In this document: positions 18,296 to 27,631 of the stretch, piece by piece | Numbering within the stretch: the stretch's first letter is position 1 | Layout of the letters: each line of letters begins with the position of its first letter | Program-made: the position numbers and the translations under genes | Assembly (NCBI GenBank): GCA_031459655.1 | Contig: JAVKID010000004.1 | Span: forward strand, 1-58,612 | Direction of reading: 5' to 3' | Source: Candidatus Fervidifonticultor octavus | Lineage (GTDB): Bacteria > Sysuimicrobiota > Sysuimicrobiia > Sysuimicrobiales > Humicultoraceae | Length of the DNA: 58,612 bases | The notes under the pieces: model-generated | What the model was told of the DNA's origin: nothing | The model's input: only the letters and a program-made list of their open reading frames with translations | Databases searched by the model: none

Positions 18296-19114
18296 TCACG
18301 CAGGACGCGCCTGCCCGACGGCCCGGTGCCCGCCCAGCAGGCGCAGGCTCACCTCCTCCGCCGCCTCCCGGACGTGCCGGATCAGGGCCGGGAGCGCATC
18401 TGCCGAGAACCGCGCGGCAGGGCCGCCGATGCTGATGGCGGCGACGACCTCGCCGCGCGAGTCCCGGATGGGGGCGGTGATGGCGGCCACGCCGGGATCG
18501 AACTCTCCGACGGTGAACGCATACCCCTGGCGGCGGATGCGGACCAGGTCGCGGCGCAGGGCCGCCGGGTCGGTCATCGTCCGCTCGGTGTAGCGGGGCA
18601 GCCCGCGGGCCATGATCTCTCGCATCCGGCCCTCGGGCAGGAAGGCCAGGTGGAGCTTGCCGGCGGCGCCGGCGTGCCAGGGCGTGACCCGCCCGATCTG
18701 GAAACTCGCCCGGATGCGCTGCGGACTGTCCACGGTGTCCAGGCAGATGACACCGTCGCGGCCCGGCGCGGTCAGGACCACCGACTCCCCCGTACGCTCA
18801 GCCAGCGCCAGCATCGTCGGGCGGGCGACGTCCCGCACCTCGAACCGGCGCAGGACCACGCCGGCCAGTTCCAGCGGCTTGGTCCCCAGCGCATACCGCC
18901 GCCCGTCGGTCTGCACGATGTAGCCGTGCCGCTCCAGCGTCCGCACCAGGCGGAAGACGGCCGCCTTGCTCAGGCCGGTGGCCCGGGCGCACTCGCTGAT
19001 GCCCCAACTGCCGGTGCCGTCGGCCAGGAGGTCGAGGAGGGCCAGCGCGTGGTCCACCGACCGGACCAGGGAAGGCCTGACGGGATCCCGGGATCGCGTC
19101 CGCCTGTTTCGCAT
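18296..19114 (-). CDS. IclR family transcriptional regulator
   Basis: VRSVDHALALLD HTH, GAAGK, GYA...E...GVAAITAPI. Confidence 0.9.
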   Translation of the reverse strand: MRNRRTRSRDPVRPSLVRSVDHALALLDLLADGTGSWGISECARATGLSKAAVFRLVRTLERHGYIVQTDGRRYALGTKPLELAGVVLRRFEVRDVARPTMLALAERTGESVVLTAPGRDGVICLDTVDSPQRIRASFQIGRVTPWHAGAAGKLHLAFLPEGRMREIMARGLPRYTERTMTDPAALRRDLVRIRRQGYAFTVGEFDPGVAAITAPIRDSRGEVVAAISIGGPAARFSADALPALIRHVREAAEEVSLRLLGGHRAVGQARPA

Positions 19115-19137
19115 CGAGAAACCTCGTTTCGCAACGA
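19106..19137. promoter_or_regulatory. Putative IclR operator (GTTTC-N7-GAAAC palindrome plus direct repeat)
   Basis: GTTTCGCATCGAGAAAC at 19106-19122 spans the iclR start codon; GTTTCGCAACGA is repeated at 19126. Confidence 0.4.
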
Positions 19138-19234
19138 CTCGTCGCGGCTCTGTTCGAGGCCGGAGGGGAGAACCCCTGCCTGCTGGAAGCACTCGGAGGA
19201 GCAGACGCGGTCAGACGGCCGCCGGGAGGGGACG

Positions 19235-20329
19235 ATGCATCGCGGCCTGATGGTCTGGGTCCTGGGGATCCTGGCGACGGCGGCGCCGCTGCCGCCGCAG
19301 GGCTACGCGGCAGCCGCCGCCACCGAATCCAACAACCAGCACAAGATCGTCTGGGCCGGCGACCGCCTGTACGTCACGTACTCGAAGCTCGCATCGGGCG
19401 TCCCGCAGGTCTTCGCAGACGTCTCCACGGACGGCCGCACCTGGCGGTCGCTGGGCCAGGTGAGCCGCGGCGAGGCGCCCTCCACCCTCTCGACCCTCAT
19501 CGTCGATGCCCGCGGCCACGTCCATCTCCTCTGGACCCGATTCGATGGCGGGATCGGCCGCGTCTACCACAGCCGCTACGACGCACGATGGAGCCCGCAG
19601 ACGCCGCTGTCCCCCGCGGGGTCGTACGCCGGCTACCCCTCCCTCGACGTGGCCTCCGGCGGGCGGCTCCACCTGGTGTGGTACGGGATCCGGGAGGCCT
19701 CGGCGGGCCAGCCGGTGTCCCACGGCGGCATCTACGAGATTTACTACCTGACCTTCGACGGCCGCTGGAGCCCGCCGGAGCGGCTCTCGGGCGGGATCCC
19801 CGACGCGTTGAACGCCGCCATCGCCGTCGACAGGCAGGACCGTCCCCACGTGACGTGGTTCCAGTCCGACGGGCAGGCGTTCCAGGTCTTCTACACCGTG
19901 CGGGACGGCGCCTGGTCTCCGCCGATCCCGCTGACGTTCGGGCCGCAGCCGTCGACGAAACCCGCCATCGCCGTCGATGGGGGCGGACGCGTGCACCTCG
20001 TGTGGGAACGGCTCGAGCGCGGGCAACCCGTCATCTACTACCTCACCGGCGCCCCGGGCCGGTGGAGCCGGCCGCTGCGGATCTCCGAGCGCGGCGGCCG
20101 GCACCCCACGGTCGGCCTCTGGCCGCGGGGCGTCTTCGCGCTGTGGCAGGACGAGGACGGCACGGTCATGCTGCGCGCGTTCGACGGCCGGTGGCGCGCC
20201 CCCAGGCGGCTGGGGCCGGGCGACTATCCCAACGCGACGCCGTGGAAGGGCTCCGGGTCGCTGCAGCCCTTCGCCGTCTGGACCACGCGGGACGGCGTCC
20301 GGGTGGTCGATCTGGCGGCGCTCCTGTGA
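19235..20329 (+). CDS. Secreted beta-propeller protein with BNR/Asp-box-like motif
   Basis: Signal peptide, STDGRTW Asp-box, about six repeats of P-x-hydrophobic-D-x-x-G-x-x-H-hydrophobic-W...WS.P. Confidence 0.7.
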   Translation: MHRGLMVWVLGILATAAPLPPQGYAAAAATESNNQHKIVWAGDRLYVTYSKLASGVPQVFADVSTDGRTWRSLGQVSRGEAPSTLSTLIVDARGHVHLLWTRFDGGIGRVYHSRYDARWSPQTPLSPAGSYAGYPSLDVASGGRLHLVWYGIREASAGQPVSHGGIYEIYYLTFDGRWSPPERLSGGIPDALNAAIAVDRQDRPHVTWFQSDGQAFQVFYTVRDGAWSPPIPLTFGPQPSTKPAIAVDGGGRVHLVWERLERGQPVIYYLTGAPGRWSRPLRISERGGRHPTVGLWPRGVFALWQDEDGTVMLRAFDGRWRAPRRLGPGDYPNATPWKGSGSLQPFAVWTTRDGVRVVDLAALL

Positions 20330-20333
20330 GGCC

Positions 20334-21527
20334 GTGGGCGCCCAGGACCGCGTGACCGGCCGGGTGCGGCTGCGCCGCGGCCGTGAGGGCCGCGTGGCGG
20401 AGGGTCACCTCTGGGTCTACGACGGCGAGATCGGTGCCGTGGACGGCCATCCCGCTCCGGGGAGCATCGTGGACGTGTGCACCTCCCGCGGCCGGTTCCT
20501 CGGCCGCGGGTACTTCAACCCGCACTCCAAGATCCGCGTTCGCCTGCTCACCGATCGCGACGAGCCCATCGACGAGGCCTTCCTGGCACGCCGCCTGCAG
20601 GCGGCAATCGCGCTCCGCCAGCGCGTCGTCAACGGAACGACCGCCTACCGCCTGATCTTTGGCGAAGGCGACCTGTTGCCCGGCCTGATCGTGGACCGCT
20701 ACGGCGACCTGCTGGTGATGCAGACGCTCACCGCCGGGATGGACGTGCGCAAGGATCAGATCGCGGACCTGCTGGTCAGCCTGACCGGCGTAGGAGCGGT
20801 CTACCTGCGCAACGACGCCAAGAGCCGGGCCCAGGAAGCCCTGCCGCTCTACCAGGGGTTCGCGCGCGGCCAGGCGCCCACCCAGGTGGAGATCCGGGAG
20901 GGCCCCGCGCGCTTCCTGGTGGACGTCGCGGGCGGTCAGAAGACCGGCTGGTTCTGCGATCAGCGCGAGAACCGGCTGGCCGCCGCCGCCCTCGCGCCGG
21001 GCGCCGCCGTGCTCGACGCCTTCTGCTACACGGGCGCCTTTGGCATCCAGGCCGCCCTGGCCGGCGCGGTCAGCGTCGTGGGGCTCGAGGTCAGCGAAGA
21101 CGCCGTCGCCTCAGCCCAGGCCAACGCCGAACGCAACGGCGTCGCCGGCCGGTGCGCCTACCGCCGGGCGAACGCCTTCGACGAACTGCGCCGGCTCCAG
21201 CAGGAAGGCGCCCGCTACGATCTCGTCATCCTGGACCCGCCGGCCTTTGCGCGGAGCCGGGCCACCGTGCCCCAGGCGCTGGCCGGCTACAAGGAGATCA
21301 ACCTGCGCGCGATGAGCCTGCTGCGCCCCGAGGGCTTTCTGGTGAGTTGCTCGTGCTCCTGGCACGTGGACGAGCGGATGTTCTGGACGGCGGTGCTGGA
21401 CGCCGCGCGGGACGTCCGGCGGGGACTGCGGCTGATCGAGTTCCGCTCCCAGGCCCGCGACCATCCCATGCTGGCTGCGATGCCGGAGACCCGCTACCTG
21501 AAGTGCCTGATCCTGCAGGTCTTCTGA
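20334..21527 (+). CDS. rlmI: 23S rRNA m5C1962 methyltransferase (RlmI family)
   Basis: PUA-like GHLWVY, EGDLLPGLIVDRY, GQKTGWFCDQRENR, ILDPPAF, SCS, ETRYLK. Confidence 0.9.
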   Translation: MGAQDRVTGRVRLRRGREGRVAEGHLWVYDGEIGAVDGHPAPGSIVDVCTSRGRFLGRGYFNPHSKIRVRLLTDRDEPIDEAFLARRLQAAIALRQRVVNGTTAYRLIFGEGDLLPGLIVDRYGDLLVMQTLTAGMDVRKDQIADLLVSLTGVGAVYLRNDAKSRAQEALPLYQGFARGQAPTQVEIREGPARFLVDVAGGQKTGWFCDQRENRLAAAALAPGAAVLDAFCYTGAFGIQAALAGAVSVVGLEVSEDAVASAQANAERNGVAGRCAYRRANAFDELRRLQQEGARYDLVILDPPAFARSRATVPQALAGYKEINLRAMSLLRPEGFLVSCSCSWHVDERMFWTAVLDAARDVRRGLRLIEFRSQARDHPMLAAMPETRYLKCLILQVF

Positions 21528-21536
21528 CGCGCGGGG

Positions 21537-22583
21537 CTACCGGTTGGTGCGCTGGGGTTCGCCCAGGGGAGGGCCGAAGGCGAGGAACAGCTTCTCCAGG
21601 GCCAGCCGCGGGTTGACGTTCCGCCGCAGCGAGTCCTTGGCCGCCTCCACGGCCTCGATGCGCGCGGCCAGCGTGGCCTCGTCCTGCCGGTCGGCCAGCA
21701 GGGCGATCTGCTCCTGCCGGTCGAGGTTCGTCAACAGCCGCGGCTCCTTGAGCTGCTTCCAGATCAGCAGGTCCCGGTACCACAGGACGGCCAGGTCGAG
21801 GAGCTCGGGCAGCAGGTCGGCCTGCTTCGAGAGCGCTTCCGCGGCGTCGAGCCGCTGGAGCATGTCGCCGGTCTCCAGGGCCGGCAGCAGGTCCAGCAGC
21901 CGGTCGCGGGCCTCCAGACGGTCCTCCGATCTCGCCCACTCCAGCGCGCGGCCCAGCCGGCCGTCGGCCAGGGCCGCCAGGACCCGCGCGCGGGCGGGGT
22001 CCATCTGCCAGCGCTCGACCAGGGCCTTCTCGATCTGATCGGTCCTCAGGTGCGCGCAGCGCACCAGCTGGCAGCGGGACACGATGGTCGGCAGCAGCGC
22101 CACGCTGGACTCGGCGATGAGGATCACCGTGACGCGCGGGGGCGGCTCCTCCAGCGTCTTCAGCAGGCTGTTGGCCGCCGACGCGCTCATCTTCTCGGCG
22201 TCGGCCACGATGTACACCTTCCACCGGCCCTCGTAGGGGGGGTAGGCCGCGTCCTGCCGCAGCGCCCGGATCTGATCCACCGGGATCTCCCGGCCTTTGT
22301 AGTCCTTCCCGGGGACTTCCAGGAACTGGCCGCGCGCGACATCCAGGGTGCGCACGTCGGGGTGGGTGCCGCGGGCGATCTTCTGGCAGGCAGGACACTC
22401 CCCGCAGGCATCGCCGTCGGGCCGCTCGCAGTTCAGCAGCTGCGCGAACGCCAGCGCGAGGCTGCGCCGGCCCACGCCGGAGGGCCCCACCAGCAGGTAG
22501 GCGTGGCTCACCCGCTGCAGGCGGTGGGCCCGCCGGAACAGCAGCACGGCATGATCCTGGTTGACGACGTCGCGAAACGCCAC
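21537..22583 (-). CDS. holB: DNA polymerase III subunit delta'
   Basis: HAYL, Zn motif C...CGECPAC, HPD, AANSLLKTLEEPP, LLPTIVSRCQ. Confidence 0.95.
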   Translation of the reverse strand: MAFRDVVNQDHAVLLFRRAHRLQRVSHAYLLVGPSGVGRRSLALAFAQLLNCERPDGDACGECPACQKIARGTHPDVRTLDVARGQFLEVPGKDYKGREIPVDQIRALRQDAAYPPYEGRWKVYIVADAEKMSASAANSLLKTLEEPPPRVTVILIAESSVALLPTIVSRCQLVRCAHLRTDQIEKALVERWQMDPARARVLAALADGRLGRALEWARSEDRLEARDRLLDLLPALETGDMLQRLDAAEALSKQADLLPELLDLAVLWYRDLLIWKQLKEPRLLTNLDRQEQIALLADRQDEATLAARIEAVEAAKDSLRRNVNPRLALEKLFLAFGPPLGEPQRTNR

Positions 22584-22594
22584 CGCGCCTGGGG

Positions 22595-22924
22595 CTAGAT
22601 CCGCTCCATCCGCTCGACGTTCAAGACGAAGACGATCGCCCCGCCCACCTCCACCTTCACCGGATACGTCACGTACGAGTCCACCGGTTCCACGACCGGG
22701 GGGATCGGCGTCATCAACTGCTCGCGCCGGTGGCAGATCCTGCGGACGACCTCGAGGACGGGATCCACCTGCTGGTCCTCGACCACCGAGATGATGGTGG
22801 AGTTGCCCTCCCGCAAGAACCCGCCGGTGCTGGCCAGGACCGTGGCCTGAATCTCCGCCTGGGTCAGGGCGTCGATGAGCCGGCCGGCATCCTTCTCCTG
22901 GACGATCGCCAGAACGAGTTTCAT
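22595..22924 (-). CDS. darA: Cyclic-di-AMP receptor, PII-like (DarA/PstA/YaaQ)
   Basis: MKLVLAIVQ...LASTGGFLREGN...VEVGGAIVFV; lies between tmk and holB as in Firmicutes. Confidence 0.9.
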   Translation of the reverse strand: MKLVLAIVQEKDAGRLIDALTQAEIQATVLASTGGFLREGNSTIISVVEDQQVDPVLEVVRRICHRREQLMTPIPPVVEPVDSYVTYPVKVEVGGAIVFVLNVERMERI

Positions 22925-22968
22925 CGCCGCACCTCCCGCGCCCCGGCGCGCGGCGGCATCCGGGCCCC

Positions 22969-23658
22969 TCAGGATCCTGCCAGCCACCCCCGCTGCGTCA
23001 GGAACGTGCGGACGGCGGCGACCAGCGCGGCATGCACCTCGTCCCGCGGGAGCCCCCCGTCGAAGACGAGAACGCGCGAAGGCTCTTCGCGCGCCAGTTG
23101 AAGGAATCCTGCGCGGACCCGCTGGTGGAACGCCAGATCCTCCTGTTCTAGCCGATCGCCACGGCCGGCGGGAGCGTCCTTGCCGCCGGCCTGCCGCGCC
23201 CGGGCCAGGCCCGCCGCCGGGTCGATGTCGAGCAGCAGGGTGAGATCGGGGCGCAGCCCCCGGGTGGCGACCTCGTTCACCCGGCGCACGACCTCCACCG
23301 GCAGCCCGCGGCCGTAGCCCTGGTAGGCGATCGAAGCGTCGGTGAACCGCTCGGAGAGCACGCAGATCCCGGCCTCCAGGTTGGGCAACACCACCTCAGC
23401 CACGTACTGCGCCCGGCTGGCGGCAAACAGCAGCATCTCAGCCTCGGCGGACATGCCCCGGAAGCGCTCGTCCAGCAGGATGGCGCGGATGGCCTCGCCC
23501 ACCGGCGTGCCGCCCGGCTCGCGCGCCAGCACCAGCGGGATGGTGCCCTTGAGGGTGTCGTACAGCCGGCGGGCGTGGGTGGTCTTGCCGGCGCCCTCCG
23601 GGCCTTCGACGGTCACGAAGAGGCCGCGCCGTGGCTGCGTGGGAGAGGAGGCCGTCAT
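22969..23658 (-). CDS. tmk: Thymidylate kinase
   Basis: EGPEGAGKTT, REPGGT, LLFAASRAQ, AYQGYGRG, PDLTLLLD. Confidence 0.95.
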   Translation of the reverse strand: MTASSPTQPRRGLFVTVEGPEGAGKTTHARRLYDTLKGTIPLVLAREPGGTPVGEAIRAILLDERFRGMSAEAEMLLFAASRAQYVAEVVLPNLEAGICVLSERFTDASIAYQGYGRGLPVEVVRRVNEVATRGLRPDLTLLLDIDPAAGLARARQAGGKDAPAGRGDRLEQEDLAFHQRVRAGFLQLAREEPSRVLVFDGGLPRDEVHAALVAAVRTFLTQRGWLAGS

Positions 23659-23668
23659 AGACGCCTGA

Positions 23669-25213
23669 CTACTTGGGGTAGATGACGACGCGGCGGAACG
23701 GTTCTTCGCCCTTGCTCTCCGAGACGAGGCCGTACCGCTGGACGAGCTGGTGCTGGAGGCGGCGGATGTACGCGTTCTGGGGTTCGAGTTCGACCGCCCG
23801 CGCGGAGGCGACGACCTGGGCAATGGCGCGCTCGACCTCGGTGAGCGCCTCCTCGTGCTCCCCGGCCTCATCCTCGACGTCGAAGATCTCGCGGAGGAAC
23901 TGCTGGATCTGGGTCACGGTGTTGCTGCGCAGCACGTGCACCGGCACCCCCCGGGCGGCGGCGTCCTTGAGGCGCGCGGGCTGGCGCCGTTCCTGGGATT
24001 TCACCGTGAGGACCAGATCGGCTTCCGCGGCCGAGTCCACGATGTAGGCCGGGACGTGCAGTTCCCGGATGGCGCGCTCCAGGCGGTTCCGGCTGACGGC
24101 ATAGGGGTAGATGCGCACGATCCCCCGTCCGGGCCGGTCCCGGGTGGCCGGCGCCTCGGCGGCAAACGGCCCCTCCGGCGCCCAGGACCGGACCGCCGCC
24201 GGCCGAGGAGCGGAGATCTCCACCTGACCGCCCTCGGTGCGGACCCGCAGTTCGGGCCGGGGCGCGACGCCGCGCAGGTAGCGGTCCACGACCGCGGCGA
24301 CATCGTGGTGGACGGCGAGCCGGTCCTTGTCCTGGATCTCGATGATGACGTCGAAGGTGGGCGGGGCCTTGCGCTCCAGCACCGTCTTCTGGGTGCCGCG
24401 CCGGCGGGCCTCCTCGTCCGAGAGCGTCACGGCCTGGATGCCGCCCACGAGGTCGGACAGGGTCGGGTTCTGGAGCAGGTTGTCCAACGTGTTGCCGTGG
24501 GCCGTGGCGATCAACTGGACGCCGCGCTCGGCGATGGTGCGGGCCGCGGCGGCCTCGGCCTCGGTCCCGATCTCGTCGATGACGATGACCTCGGGCATGT
24601 GGTTCTCGACGGCCTCGATCATCACCGCGTGCTGCAGGGTGGGAACCGGCACCTGCATGCGGCGGGCCGCTCCGATCCCGGGGTGCGGGATGTCGCCGTC
24701 GCCGGCGATCTCGTTGGAGGTGTCCACCACGATGACGCGCTTGTGCAGCTCATCGGCCAGGACCCGCGCCGCCTCGCGCAGCAGCGTCGTCTTACCCACG
24801 CCGGGCCGGCCCAGCAGCAGGATCGAGCGTCCGGACTCGATGACGTCCCGGACGATGTCCACCGTGCCGATGACGGCCCGGCCCACCCGGCAGGTGAGCC
24901 CGATGATCTCGCCCTCGCGGTTGCGGATGGCGCTGATCCGGTGCAGGGTCCGCTCGATGCCCGCGCGATTGTCCTTCCCGAAGGTGCCGACCCGCTCGGT
25001 AATGTACCTCAGCGTCTCCCGGTCGACGAAAGCGTCGTCCAGCGCGAGCGTCTCGCCGGGGAAGCGCGCCTCGGGCTTGCGCCCCAGGTCGAGCACCACC
25101 TCCAGGAGCTGGTCGAGGTCGGGGCGCCGCTCCAGGGCGGCGCGAAGGCGCGGCGGCAGGACGTCGAGCAGGAGGTCCAGGTTGTCCGTGATCTGGGTCT
25201 GGCGGGCGGGCAC
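23669..25213 (-). CDS. SpoIIIAA/Ycf45-like AAA ATPase with C-terminal R3H domain
   Basis: [42 protein letters not shown]; R3H motif RRLQH; GGGAGG RBS before GTG 25213. Confidence 0.88.
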   Translation of the reverse strand: MPARQTQITDNLDLLLDVLPPRLRAALERRPDLDQLLEVVLDLGRKPEARFPGETLALDDAFVDRETLRYITERVGTFGKDNRAGIERTLHRISAIRNREGEIIGLTCRVGRAVIGTVDIVRDVIESGRSILLLGRPGVGKTTLLREAARVLADELHKRVIVVDTSNEIAGDGDIPHPGIGAARRMQVPVPTLQHAVMIEAVENHMPEVIVIDEIGTEAEAAAARTIAERGVQLIATAHGNTLDNLLQNPTLSDLVGGIQAVTLSDEEARRRGTQKTVLERKAPPTFDVIIEIQDKDRLAVHHDVAAVVDRYLRGVAPRPELRVRTEGGQVEISAPRPAAVRSWAPEGPFAAEAPATRDRPGRGIVRIYPYAVSRNRLERAIRELHVPAYIVDSAAEADLVLTVKSQERRQPARLKDAAARGVPVHVLRSNTVTQIQQFLREIFDVEDEAGEHEEALTEVERAIAQVVASARAVELEPQNAYIRRLQHQLVQRYGLVSESKGEEPFRRVVIYPK

Positions 25214-25232
25214 GGCGACTCCCTCCCGGGCA

Positions 25233-25374
25233 GGATGCGGTGAAAATACAGCGGGGAACCCCTGGGCTCCCCTGCGTCGTGATGGCTCTGTGGGATCCGA
25301 CGGCCTGACAAACGCGCGATGACTCAAGCGAACCTCAGACGACGCTGCGCGTCCACTGGTGTTGCTCCACGTCC
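25233..25374 (-). ncRNA. Structured ~142-nt RNA (6S/SsrS-like candidate or structured leader)
   Basis: Nested helices GGACGUGG/CCGCAUCC, CAGUGG/CCGCUG, GCGUCGU/ACGACGC and GGUUC/GAGCC. G-U pairs favour the minus strand. The 5' end coincides with the predicted transcription start. Confidence 0.5.
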
Positions 25375-25380
25375 AAGGGC

Positions 25381-25409
25381 ATTATAGAGGTCGACAGCGA
25401 TCGGCGCAA
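25381..25409 (-). promoter_or_regulatory. Sigma70-type promoter TTGCGC-17-TATAAT
   Basis: -35 at 25409-25404, -10 at 25386-25381, 17-nt spacer. Confidence 0.75.
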
Positions 25410-25550
25410 CACGACCCCGGACGGCGTCGGGTGGCGTAGCCCGATCAGCCGATGAAAAAGCAGCGAGCAGCGGGCCGGCGTGGAGGCGTTCCGGCGGATG
25501 CTACAATCGGAGTGCACCGGACCTGAGACCGGTCTTCGCAGAGGGGAGCC

Positions 25551-27003
25551 ATGCGCCCCGATCCCGATGCGATCACCTCGCCAACGGCGTTCCTCCGCGC
25601 CATGCTCGGTGATGTGCCCGGCTGGGACGAACTGAGGGCGTACGAGGCCTGGTGGGAAGCGGAAGGTCAGGCGACGTCGGACGCCATCGACCGGGCAGGC
25701 ACGCCGGCGCTGCGCCTCTTCGACAGACTGGGCCGCCGGATCGACGAGGTCGTCTACCCACCTGCCTACTGGCAGGTGCTCCGCCGCGGCTACTGCGCCG
25801 GTGCGGTCTGGCGGGCGTTCGAGGGGTCACTGGTCCCGGCGTATCTGCTCGGCTACGTGACGAGCTTCTACGACCCCGGGGTGTACTGTCCCCACACCGT
25901 CTCGCTGGCCACTGCGGTGGCGCTCCATACGTACGGCACCCGCGCCCTCAAAGCGGCCTTCCTCGAACCGTTGCTGCGCAGGGACGAGACCGTCTGGCAG
26001 GGTGCGACCTGGAGACGGAGGCCGCGGGGGGATCGGACCTCGGAGCCGCCGTCGAAACAGCAGCCGTGCCGGAGGGCAGCCGGTGGCGGCTGCGGGGCGA
26101 GAAGTACTTCGCCAGCAACGCAGGCGCCGAGGTGGCGGTGGTGGCGGCGCGTCCACAGGGGGCGCCCGCCGGCGTGCGCGGGCTGGCCCAACGGGAGAGG
26201 TGGAGCTCCACGACAGCGAGGCCCATCTGTTGGGAACCACCGAACAGGGGATCTACCTGATCCTCGAGGTGCTGAACGTCTCGCGGGTTGCCAACAGCGT
26301 CGGCAGCGCCGCCCTGGCCCAGCGGGCGCTGGCTGAGGTGTACCGGTTCGGGCGGCAGCGGACGGTGTTCGGCAGGCCGATTTTGGACCAGCCGCTGCTC
26401 CGCGCTCAGTTCGATCGGCACGTGGAACGCGTGCAGCGGGCCTTCGCGCTGGCGTGGGAGGCCGTCGCGCACCTCGACGCCGTGTGGCGGCAGACGCCCA
26501 GGTATTCAGGCGGGTACCACCTGTTCCGCCTCATCGCGCACCTGGCCAAGTACTGGACCGCCGACGTCGCCGTGCAGACCGCCACGTGGAGCATGATCGC
26601 CCACGGAGGAGCCGGGGTGCTGGCCGACTACCCGGTCGAGCGGTTGCTGCGCGAGGCCATGATCCTGTCCATCTGGGAAGGCACCCCTCACCGCCAGATC
26701 CTGGACGGCCTCGAGGTCATGGATCGCCGGGAGGCCCACCACCTGTTGTTCCGGCATCTGGCCGACGATGCCGATCCCCGGGCCCAGGCAGACCTGCAGG
26801 CCCGCACCGAAGCGCACCTCGCGCTCGGCCAGGCGGATAAAGAGGCCCGGGCAGACGACCTGCTCACCGCGCTGGCTGAGGCCACGGCCGACGCGGCGCT
26901 GCGGCGCCTGGCGCGCGTCAGGTCGATCGCGTCTCGGTCTCCAGCGCCAGATGGCGCCCCAGGATCTCGCGATCGGCCCGCAGGGCATCGGGGGTCCCGG
27001 TGA
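25551..27003 (+). pseudogene. Acyl-CoA dehydrogenase (AidB-like), disrupted by a frameshift and an internal deletion
   Basis: Homology is split over three frames: ...WQGATW | TEAAGGSDLGA...GEKYFASN...GVRGLA | PTGEVEL...RTVFG...HGGAG...LLREAMILSIWEGT. Confidence 0.85.
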
Positions 27004-27631
27004 ACACCACCTGCCCTTTGCTGAGCACGTACACAACGTCCGCCACGCGCAACGCGAGGGGGAGGTTCTGCTCGACCAGCACCGCCGCCAGCTCCAATCG
27101 CTTGAGCTCGGTCAGCACCCCGGCGACCTCCTCGACCAGGAGCGGCGCCAGGCCCTCCGACGGCTCGTCCAGCAGCAGGAGGTGCGGATTGGTCATCAGC
27201 GCCCGACCGATGGAGAGCATCTGCTGCTCGCCGCCCGAGAGCTGATGGCCCCGGTGGTGGCGGCGCTCCGCCAGACGGCCGAAGAGACGGTAGACCGACC
27301 CCAGGGACCAGCGGCCTGGCCTGCGGGCACCCACCAGGAGGTTCTCTTCGACCGAGAGGGAGGGAAAGACCCTCCGACCCTGCGGCACCAGGGCCATGCC
27401 CATCCGGGCGATCGTGTGGGGCGGCAGGCCGGAGATCTCCCGGCCCTGGAACAGGATGGAGCCCCGGCGCGGAGGCGTCAGCCCGGCAATCGACCGGATC
27501 AGCGTCGTCTTGCCCATGCCGTTGCGCCCCACCACCGCCGCGACCTGGCCGTCCTGGAGCGCCAGGGAGACGCCATGGAGGACATGGCTCTGCCCGTAGT
27601 ACGTGTGGATGTCCCGGACCTCCAGGATCAT
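26918..27631 (-). CDS. livF: Branched-chain amino acid-type ABC transporter ATP-binding protein
   Basis: GRNGMGKTT, LSGGEQQM, DEPSEGLAP, VEQN. Confidence 0.92.
   Translation of the reverse strand: MILEVRDIHTYYGQSHVLHGVSLALQDGQVAAVVGRNGMGKTTLIRSIAGLTPPRRGSILFQGREISGLPPHTIARMGMALVPQGRRVFPSLSVEENLLVGARRPGRWSLGSVYRLFGRLAERRHHRGHQLSGGEQQMLSIGRALMTNPHLLLLDEPSEGLAPLLVEEVAGVLTELKRLELAAVLVEQNLPLALRVADVVYVLSKGQVVFTGTPDALRADREILGRHLALETETRST

Noticed and set aside
25233-25374. c-di-AMP (ydaO), cobalamin or SRP RNA identity for the structured leader
   Set aside because: Lacks the GCUGAAUC/GGUGAAUC, B12-box and SRP GGAA-loop consensus sequences on the transcribed strand.
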